From a virus: 64,000 bases of DNA. Below are positions 48,434 to 56,340 of the stretch, piece by piece; position 1 is the stretch's first letter, and the number at the start of each line of letters is the position of its first letter. The notes under the pieces were generated by a model. That model made no database searches, was not told the origin of the DNA, and saw only the letters and a list, made by a program, of their open reading frames with translations. The position numbers were made by a program, and so were the translations under genes. The stretch is taken from IMG/VR virus record IMGVR_UViG_3300009130_000016, positions 1-64,000 of that record. The stretch is one strand, 5' to 3'.

Positions 48434-49474
48434 ATGAACGACAGAAAAATCGTTGTGGGTGGTAATAAAGACATTAACACACACGAACCTAAAGCACCGA
48501 TGTTTTCAGCTGAAGAAATTGCAGCAATGAAAGCAGCAGCTTCAGCATCTGGACAAGACACATCAGGTCTTGATAACATGGCGGTTGCACCTACAGTTAA
48601 TACTGCTGATCCAATTGTTCAGCAACCAGCACCACAGCCTGTGCAACAAATACAACAGCCAATTCAGCAACAAATTCAGCAAGAGGCTAAAAGTGCACAA
48701 GTTCCAAATGAATTCTTAGAAACTGAATTTGAAATTCCAACAGAAACTGTTGTTTTACCATCAGGAGGTATTTTCTACCCAGGTGGACAAACACAGGTTG
48801 TTATCAAGTATCTTACTGCAGAAGCAGAGGATATTATCTTTTCTCCAGAGTTAATTAACTCAGGAAAAGTATTGGATGTTCTTCTTAGTGAGGGAATTGT
48901 TAATAGCTATGGGCTTAAGACAGAAGACATGTTGGTTGCAGACAGGAATGCGATTATACTTGAACTTCGTAAAACTGGTTTTGGTTCTGACTATGAAGTC
49001 GGAGATCAATCTTGTCCAAGTTGTAGTAAAAAATTTACTCCAACAATTGATTTAGATGAGGTTCAGTACAAAGCTGCATCAGAGGCACCAGATTCAATGG
49101 GAGAGTACACAGTTGTATTGCCTGTTTTGAAAAAAACTATCAAATTCAGATTACTTAATGGAGCAGATGAGAAATTGCTATCTAAAACTGTTTCTACAAC
49201 TGGTAAGAGTAAATTGAAGTACAACAAAATGGTTACGCAAAGATATTTACGTCAAATCATGGAAGTTGAGGGGAATCGAGACAAGACTTACATCAATAAA
49301 CTTATCGGTTTTATGCCTCTTAAAGACTCTGCATTCCTTAGAGAATATATCAAGAGGGTTGAGCCAGGTTTTGATTTAAACGTAACTCTAGAATGTCCTC
49401 ACTGTGGACACATTCACGATGAAGAGATTGTATTAAATCCAGTAAAATTGTTTTATCCAGATGCTAATTTTTAA
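48434..49474 (+). CDS. baseplate hub assembly/tail chaperone (T4 gp26-like)
   Basis: LPSGG..Y, YLTA..EDI, DRNAI...LR...FG, CPSC and CPHC motifs. Confidence 0.75.
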   Translation: MNDRKIVVGGNKDINTHEPKAPMFSAEEIAAMKAAASASGQDTSGLDNMAVAPTVNTADPIVQQPAPQPVQQIQQPIQQQIQQEAKSAQVPNEFLETEFEIPTETVVLPSGGIFYPGGQTQVVIKYLTAEAEDIIFSPELINSGKVLDVLLSEGIVNSYGLKTEDMLVADRNAIILELRKTGFGSDYEVGDQSCPSCSKKFTPTIDLDEVQYKAASEAPDSMGEYTVVLPVLKKTIKFRLLNGADEKLLSKTVSTTGKSKLKYNKMVTQRYLRQIMEVEGNRDKTYINKLIGFMPLKDSAFLREYIKRVEPGFDLNVTLECPHCGHIHDEEIVLNPVKLFYPDANF

Positions 49475-49524
49475 TTGGCCAATAAATTAAATAGAAAGCA
49501 GGCTTAGGTCTGCTTTTTTTCGTT

Positions 49525-50511
49525 ATGGGGAAATTAGATTTAAATGAAATATTTAGTAGGACTTTTGATAAAATCAACCTACCGTCTAAGGGTGAGTTTT
49601 ACAAAGATAATTTGTCCTCTTTTAAAATAAGGTATTTAAGTGGTATCGAGGAAAAGGTTCTAACAAGTGATTTTTTAACCAAGAGTGGAGAGGCGTTAGA
49701 AATGGTTCTTAGTAATGTTATCTTGGATGATTTTGATGTTAGAGATTTGGTTATATCCGATATGCAGGGTATAATGATATTCCTTTATTCAACAGCGTAT
49801 GGCGATATCATCCCTTATCAAATGAAATGCCCAAGCTGTAGCTATGAAGATGAATTAAGTGTTAGGTTGTCTGACATAGACTTTAAGAAGTCGGAGTACA
49901 AGCCTATGAGTGGGAAGTTTATGTATTATGCTCCAATGAAGCAAAATTTCCTGTCTAGCGTTCACACTCCAAAAGTGTTGACTCAAGAGAATGGTGAAAA
50001 GTTTGTTGAGTTTGTTCTGTCACCGATCACTTTCGGTAAAGAACTAGACATGAAAAAGAAAGGTGTTGACAATAAAGGGATTAACAAAATAATAAGTTCA
50101 ATAAAGAGTATCGGAGGTGTGACAGATGTTGAGTATATTGAAAATTCTGTAAAAAGAATGAATATGCAAGACTTTAAGAGGCTTCGTGAGTTCTCTGATA
50201 GAAATGAAATGGCATTGGAAGATAAAATTTCTGTTGTTTGCCCTGCTTGTGGACATGAACATAAATTTCAAGTAAACTTTGGATATGACTTTTTGAAATT
50301 GCCAGAGAAACACAGGGAGAACATTATGGAAGAATGTTTTCTGATCTCTCATTATTCAGAATCAGGTATGGACTTCCAACAAGCAATGAACCTCCCTATC
50401 ACAGAGAGAAGGTGGTATTTGCAAAGGATAAGTGAAGAACTTGAGAAGAAAAGAGAAGCTGAGAAAAAGGCTGCAGATGCAGCGAAATCAGGAGGCGGTG
50501 GTAGAAGATAG
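49525..50511 (+). CDS. second gp26-like paralog with C-terminal chaperone extension
   Basis: LPSKG.FY, CPSC, CPAC, then EECFLISHY...MNLPITERRWYL. Confidence 0.7.
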   Translation: MGKLDLNEIFSRTFDKINLPSKGEFYKDNLSSFKIRYLSGIEEKVLTSDFLTKSGEALEMVLSNVILDDFDVRDLVISDMQGIMIFLYSTAYGDIIPYQMKCPSCSYEDELSVRLSDIDFKKSEYKPMSGKFMYYAPMKQNFLSSVHTPKVLTQENGEKFVEFVLSPITFGKELDMKKKGVDNKGINKIISSIKSIGGVTDVEYIENSVKRMNMQDFKRLREFSDRNEMALEDKISVVCPACGHEHKFQVNFGYDFLKLPEKHRENIMEECFLISHYSESGMDFQQAMNLPITERRWYLQRISEELEKKREAEKKAADAAKSGGGGRR

Positions 50512-50582
50512 AACTTTTAATTGGACTTTCTCGTTATAACACTAGAATCAAAATTGCCAACTATTTATCTAAAATAAATATT

Positions 50583-52301
50583 ATGTCAGATAAAATAGAA
50601 AAATCAGAGGAATTAAGAAATAAAATCAATGAGTCTTTGAAGAGGATTGAGGAAGTTAGTTTCATTAAGAAAATAAAAAATGGCATCAAAGATATTGTAT
50701 CTTCTTTTGATAGCCATGAGAAGATAGTTTTCGATAAATTGAAGAATAAGGATTCTGCTGCTACTAAGAAGTATCTTGACTTTAACAGGGGTGGGATGGA
50801 TGACAAAACCATTAAGGTGGTTGAGAAGGTTATTAAGTTGAAACAGCAAGAAGAAAAGGTTAATAAAGCTGAAAAACAATCAAGGGGAGACACTAGCAAA
50901 TCAAATAAATCTAGTGTAATGGTTTATCTGGGTGGAGATTCATGGAAACTAAACGGAAACCACATTGAAAACCTTATTATTTATAAACCTGGAGTAAATC
51001 CGAAAGAGACTCTTGAAAACTATGATTGGTCAAATGGTGCAATGTCTTGGTTGGCAAAAGCTAAATTTAGTGCAAAGTATTTGTCAATTGATTTATCACA
51101 AGAAATGGTTGACGTGTTTGTAGGAGAGTGGAATGGTGGTGCATTTAGAGGAAATATATTCACTGATTACGGAATCGGTAGAATACAAGCCAAAGAAGGT
51201 GATTCTAAATTTAGAGCAGGAATTTTTAGTGGGAAGACTCTTAGAATTAATTACACTAATTGGATGACAAGTCCATATAATTTTGCTGGTAGAAAAATAG
51301 ATCACACAGAAGAAGGGATTCTTGGTTTACCAAATACAACAAGTACTCAAGAAGTTGATCACAATGGTATTCATTTAATACAAGTTCCAAACGGTTATAC
51401 AATCGAATTCAAAACAGAAGATGATGAGTTCATAAATGCTGTGAGGGTTGTTAAGAGAATGGATGCAAGAAACACGGACTTTGTGTTTTCTGATGTGAAC
51501 ACTGGAAATCAAGTCACTGTTCTTTGGGATGACATGAGAAAGAGTTTTAATAAATTTTATCTTAAGCCAGGGAAGGTGTTTAACATTCCTGGGTTGTTTG
51601 AAACTAGAGAGCCGATAGGTACAATAGAAATAAAGAAATCATCTGCTGTAAGCAGAAAGTCAATTGGTCAAGCATATCAAAAACAAAAAGGCGGAGGATT
51701 AACTAAAATTAAGTTTGGTAGTAAATTCCCCGTTTTAGGAAAAGTGGGATTAAAAGGAGAGTTTAATATTTTGAACTTCAACAAGATTCTATCTAAAGAT
51801 CCTGAGGCATTACATTTCATTAAGATGTTTCAAAAAGACCTTGAAGGTGGTGGTGGTATTTTCACTTCTCATATGAACAAGGTGAAAGATGCAATTGTTA
51901 ATCGAGATAAATACAAAAGAGAAGTTGGTTACGGTAAATATCCATATCTTAAAAGGTTAACCGATAAACAAGGGAGTAAGATAACGGATCCTGATTTAGA
52001 TAAGTCATTAAAATTTATTAGTGACTTCATAGAAAATATTGTTGGAAACGTTGGGAAGGTGAGTAGGAAAACTGGGAATTTTGCAAAAGATGACAAGTCT
52101 CAAGGCGTTTTGTTAAATGCAATGAAAAAGGCATTACACATCACTAAGGAGAAAGAAACTAAAGCTTCTGCTACATCTAAAAGTGCTCCAAAAAGAAATA
52201 CGGTGAGTAACATCATGAAAAATTTAGAGGAATCAGATGTTAGGAGATCTGTCCGTAAAATAATCCAAGAAGAGGATGATGAAACTTTTTTCGGTAAATA
52301 G
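50583..52301 (+). CDS. large basic putative head-associated protein
   Basis: Late promoter at 50562; N-terminal KINESLKRIEE; C-terminal LEESDVRRSVRKIIQE. Confidence 0.5.
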   Translation: MSDKIEKSEELRNKINESLKRIEEVSFIKKIKNGIKDIVSSFDSHEKIVFDKLKNKDSAATKKYLDFNRGGMDDKTIKVVEKVIKLKQQEEKVNKAEKQSRGDTSKSNKSSVMVYLGGDSWKLNGNHIENLIIYKPGVNPKETLENYDWSNGAMSWLAKAKFSAKYLSIDLSQEMVDVFVGEWNGGAFRGNIFTDYGIGRIQAKEGDSKFRAGIFSGKTLRINYTNWMTSPYNFAGRKIDHTEEGILGLPNTTSTQEVDHNGIHLIQVPNGYTIEFKTEDDEFINAVRVVKRMDARNTDFVFSDVNTGNQVTVLWDDMRKSFNKFYLKPGKVFNIPGLFETREPIGTIEIKKSSAVSRKSIGQAYQKQKGGGLTKIKFGSKFPVLGKVGLKGEFNILNFNKILSKDPEALHFIKMFQKDLEGGGGIFTSHMNKVKDAIVNRDKYKREVGYGKYPYLKRLTDKQGSKITDPDLDKSLKFISDFIENIVGNVGKVSRKTGNFAKDDKSQGVLLNAMKKALHITKEKETKASATSKSAPKRNTVSNIMKNLEESDVRRSVRKIIQEEDDETFFGK

Positions 52302-52335
52302 TCGTTAGATATAATAAGGACCAAAATTTACTGAT

Positions 52336-52953
52336 ATGAAAAAGTTATATAGGAAAATGTTATACATACCAATAACTAGAATATTGATTGGTTTATGTCA
52401 GATATCTTGGTTTTTTTTCATATTGATTAAAGGTAAATCTTTGGTAGATATTTCACAACATTTGTTCGGTTTACCTTGGGCAACAGGATCTTTAGAATTT
52501 GATGGAACTTTACATTTGGTTGACAAGAGTTTGCTATATGATGAAACAGGCCATTTGACAGCAGCTGCAACCCTTGGGTTCTTTTTATATGTAGCAATAT
52601 TGTTTGTTTCTTTGATTTATATGGTTAGGGGTGGATACAAAGTGTTAACATGGCAAACAGGTCCAATTGCGAAATTTAATTCAGATCATGCATGGGAAGA
52701 AATTAAGGATGGAAGCGTATTTGAATATGTTGCATCTGGAGAGAAATCGTCCGATTATAAAAACATTGATTCCACTCTTAAATATATTAAGAATAAAAAT
52801 GTGGGATTGACAAGAGAGAAAGCCACAGATAACCTGATTTCAATAACAGGGGGTTTATCTTTAGCTTCCCATAGTGAGTTGTCTTACATTGATGGAAAGT
52901 TGTCAAGAATGTCTATATCAAATGGTTCAAAATATTTGATGAACAGGAAATAA
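52336..52953 (+). CDS. two-helix membrane protein (moron-like)
   Basis: Two hydrophobic segments; own ECF-like promoter (52281-52307) and terminator (52979-53010). Confidence 0.6.
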   Translation: MKKLYRKMLYIPITRILIGLCQISWFFFILIKGKSLVDISQHLFGLPWATGSLEFDGTLHLVDKSLLYDETGHLTAAATLGFFLYVAILFVSLIYMVRGGYKVLTWQTGPIAKFNSDHAWEEIKDGSVFEYVASGEKSSDYKNIDSTLKYIKNKNVGLTREKATDNLISITGGLSLASHSELSYIDGKLSRMSISNGSKYLMNRK

Positions 52954-53041
52954 AATAAACTTAAAAATTAATACAGATAAAGCTCCTTTAGATTAGAGGG
53001 GCTTTTTTTTATGATCTATTTATAAGTAAAACTGTAGATAG

Positions 53042-56000
53042 ATGGCTGACGATTTCAGTAAACAGAATAAAAATTACCAAGAGGCTTTAAAAGCAGCTGA
53101 AAAACTGGTACAAACACATGAATCAATGGAAAAAAGTTCCCAAAAGGTTAATGAGGTTTTGGGTAGTATTTCTAGTTCTCTTTTAGGTTTGTCGGAATCC
53201 GTTTTTTTTAAGAAGATACCAAAGAGTAATGAAGATCTTGCGGAATCAGCAAGGCAAATACAACAAATAAAAGATAAGGTCGGAACTGCAGGAGATGCTC
53301 TTAATCAAGGTTTTGATAAAAGACTAGAGAGTATTAAGAAAAAATTTAAAGGTCTAGAGAACACAAGTCTTTCAATGAACGTTAAATTCAACGAAGAGGA
53401 TGTGAAAAAATTCCATGAATATAATAGAGGTCAGTTAACGGATCTTTCTGCTGACGAAAAAATTAGGATGAAAGAAATTTCTGAGTTTAACAAAGAATTG
53501 TTAAAGAATCAGGAAGACATCAATGAATTAATGGTAGAAGAGTATGGGAAAGAATGGGATTCTATTATAGATGGTCACAGCGATTTCCTTGTTGGTAAAT
53601 TTAAGGAAGCAGCCGTCCAAGGAGATATAGCCAAATTTGTAAAAGAAGAAGGTCAAGATGCGAGGGATTTACTTATGTCTCTCGAAGGTCACACATCTGA
53701 ACTTAGTAAACAAGTGCAATCATATGATCAGTTAACAAAAAATAGTAAAGAGCTTATTGGTAATCTGAAAAATTCTAATAAAGAAGTGTTTACTATGAGG
53801 AAGGCTATTGAAGAAATTGGGGATAGGTTTGCTAAAAAAATAATAGGCACATTGATGAAGTTTGATCAAGCTTTATCTACCGCACAAAAAAACACTGGTG
53901 TAATGTTCAAAGAGAACTCTGTTCAAATGAGTCATTTAACTAGTGAGACTGCAGCTTTTGGTATGAGTATTGAAGATACTACTGCTATGATGGGAGATCT
54001 TGGTGATGAGCTAAGAACAACTGATTTTGGCGTATTGTCTCAAGCTGCAAAGGATTTCGCAGCAATACAATTGGCAACAGGTGTGTCTTCAAAAGAAATT
54101 ACAACGATTGCTGGTGAACTTATGAGGGCAGGTGTTTCATCTGGAGACATGAGTGAAGCAATTCAAAATACTGTTAAGGATTCTAAGATGCTTGGAGTTA
54201 ACAGTAAAAGAGTTATCCAACAGATGGAGAAGAACATTGACAAAATGCGTAAGTTTGGATTCACTGGTGGTATTGAATCTCTTAGAAAAATGGCTGTTGA
54301 GGCAGAGAGGTTGAGAATAAATGTTGACTCTATATTTAATGTTGCAGAGAGAGCTCGTAGTATTGAGGGTGCAATGGAAATGGCAGCTGAATTACAGTTG
54401 GCAGGTGGTTCATTTGCAGCAATCAATCCAATGGATTTATTATCTGCTGCAAGGAAAGGTCCAAAAGAGATGCAAAACATCTTAAAGACAATGGGTAAAG
54501 ACATCGGTTCGTTCAACAAGAAAGGTGAATTTATTATTGATCCAGTTGATTCCGATAGATTAAGAATGGTTGCAGAGTCAACAGGAATGGCTTATGAAGA
54601 CCTTTCTAATATGATTCAGAAAACTGCAGATGATGCAAGGAAGATGGAAAAATTTCAAGGTGGAAGTTTTATGAGTTTTTCTGATGAAGATAAGGCTTTT
54701 GTTACAGAAATGACTAAAATCGGGGAAGGTGGTACACTTAAGGTGAAGACAGAGTCAAAAGATCTTCTTAAAGACGCTGGTATAGATGATATTACGATGA
54801 TCACACCAGATCAGCTTAAGAAGTTAAAAGATTTGAGAGAGAAGCAGGCAGGTGATTTGAAATCACAAGCAGCAGCAAATGCTTCATTTCAAGAAGCAAT
54901 GACAGGGCTTGCCAATTCGTTTATGCATATGTTTACAATGTTTGAGCCAGCAATTATTTTATTATCAGAAGCAATAGGTAGTATAGCTCAATTTATTGGT
55001 GAGTTGCCAGATTGGGGCAAAAACTCTATTGTAGCAGGTAGTTTGTTCCTTCTTGCAGTTACCAAGATGGGTGGAATGATAGGTTTGTTCCAAAAAACTG
55101 TTGGTTTATTTACTGGTGGCATTAAGGATATGGCTAAAAATGTTGTAAGTAAAGTTATGGGTAGCAAAGGCGGTGGAGCTAAAGATATGGCAAGTAAAGT
55201 TTTATCAAATGATGAATCTGGTGCTATGGATAAGGCTAATAAGGTGAAAAGCGGTGGAGGAATAGCAGGTTTTGTTAAATCTCTTAAGCAAGCATCTAAA
55301 GAAGCTGCGAAGATAAGTATGAAAGGTGTCCTTAAGTTTGCTAGTTCTATGGCAATAATAGGAAGTGTTCTCGTTGGATTTGGTGCTGCTATGGCAGCTT
55401 TTGGTGGAGAAGCATCAATGGATCAATTAATCACTATGGGTGCTTCCCTTGTGTTACTAGGAGGGTCAATGATATTGTTCTCTAAATTAGCAGGAGCTAT
55501 TGATATTAAAAACCTTGTTAAGTTCTCATTAGCCATGGCGTTAGTCGGTGGTGGTCTGTTGTTGTTTGGAATGGCAGCTGACACATTAACAAATGTTGAC
55601 TTGGTTAAAGTGCTTGCATCTATTGGGTTGTTAACACTTGTTATTGTTGGTCTTGCCTTATTGGGTGCAATGATGACGGGTCCACAAATACTTGGTTTAC
55701 TTGTTGGTGTTGGTATACTTGTTTCAGTTTCTGCAGGTTTGTTGCTATTTGCATCATCCTTGCTTGTTGCTGGGATTGCATTTGATAAAATGGCAGGAAT
55801 TAATTGGAGTGGATTCGCAGAGATGGGTCCAGCACTTATGAGTGTTATTCCAGGATTGCTTGGATTCTCGGTGGCAGCAATGTCTTTCTTAAATCCTCTT
55901 ACATTACTAGGGTTTATTACAATGACTGCAACACTTGGTACATTCGCAGCTATTATGATACCACTTGCTGATGCTTTGGCAAAAGGTGCTGATGGTTTTG

Positions 56001-56275
56001 ATAGATTTGCTGAGGGGGTTAATTCTCTTAAAGAAGCAACTGCAGACTTAGATTTTGAGAAATTAGAAAAGCTGTCTGAGCTATCACAAGGGCTTGCAGG
56101 AGCGTCTGTTATGGCAAACATAGCATCATCGTTATCTGACATGGTTAAAGGCTCTGGAGGAAGCGGAAGTAGCGGAGGCGGAGGAAGCCAAACGGTTAAG
56201 CATGAGGTTACACTTAAGCTTAACGGTAGGGATCTCCAAAGGTTTATTATTGAAGATACAGATTTACAATCATAA
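53042..56275 (+). CDS. tape measure protein
   Basis: Long helical A/G-rich protein with an extended hydrophobic C-terminal third; lies between chaperones and baseplate genes. Confidence 0.8.
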   Translation: MADDFSKQNKNYQEALKAAEKLVQTHESMEKSSQKVNEVLGSISSSLLGLSESVFFKKIPKSNEDLAESARQIQQIKDKVGTAGDALNQGFDKRLESIKKKFKGLENTSLSMNVKFNEEDVKKFHEYNRGQLTDLSADEKIRMKEISEFNKELLKNQEDINELMVEEYGKEWDSIIDGHSDFLVGKFKEAAVQGDIAKFVKEEGQDARDLLMSLEGHTSELSKQVQSYDQLTKNSKELIGNLKNSNKEVFTMRKAIEEIGDRFAKKIIGTLMKFDQALSTAQKNTGVMFKENSVQMSHLTSETAAFGMSIEDTTAMMGDLGDELRTTDFGVLSQAAKDFAAIQLATGVSSKEITTIAGELMRAGVSSGDMSEAIQNTVKDSKMLGVNSKRVIQQMEKNIDKMRKFGFTGGIESLRKMAVEAERLRINVDSIFNVAERARSIEGAMEMAAELQLAGGSFAAINPMDLLSAARKGPKEMQNILKTMGKDIGSFNKKGEFIIDPVDSDRLRMVAESTGMAYEDLSNMIQKTADDARKMEKFQGGSFMSFSDEDKAFVTEMTKIGEGGTLKVKTESKDLLKDAGIDDITMITPDQLKKLKDLREKQAGDLKSQAAANASFQEAMTGLANSFMHMFTMFEPAIILLSEAIGSIAQFIGELPDWGKNSIVAGSLFLLAVTKMGGMIGLFQKTVGLFTGGIKDMAKNVVSKVMGSKGGGAKDMASKVLSNDESGAMDKANKVKSGGGIAGFVKSLKQASKEAAKISMKGVLKFASSMAIIGSVLVGFGAAMAAFGGEASMDQLITMGASLVLLGGSMILFSKLAGAIDIKNLVKFSLAMALVGGGLLLFGMAADTLTNVDLVKVLASIGLLTLVIVGLALLGAMMTGPQILGLLVGVGILVSVSAGLLLFASSLLVAGIAFDKMAGINWSGFAEMGPALMSVIPGLLGFSVAAMSFLNPLTLLGFITMTATLGTFAAIMIPLADALAKGADGFDRFAEGVNSLKEATADLDFEKLEKLSELSQGLAGASVMANIASSLSDMVKGSGGSGSSGGGGSQTVKHEVTLKLNGRDLQRFIIEDTDLQS

Positions 56276-56277
56276 TG

Positions 56278-56311
56278 AAAAATCCCCTTTAAAAACAAAG
56301 GGGATTTTTTT
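56278..56311 (+). terminator. rho-independent terminator
   Basis: AAAAATCCCCTT / AAGGGGATTTTT. Confidence 0.8.
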
Positions 56312-56340
56312 ATCTTATTATTTATAAGAAAAACTAATTT

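Noticed and set aside
49460-49490. Programmed -1 frameshift at the end of the first tail chaperone
   Set aside because: The shifted frame stops within a few codons and there is no clean slippery heptamer.
55423-56298. Long antisense ORFs (also 57606..58217, 46999..47472, 38913..39332, 9635..10033)
   Set aside because: Shadows of biased or repetitive sense-strand genes; low complexity with no promoter or motif support.
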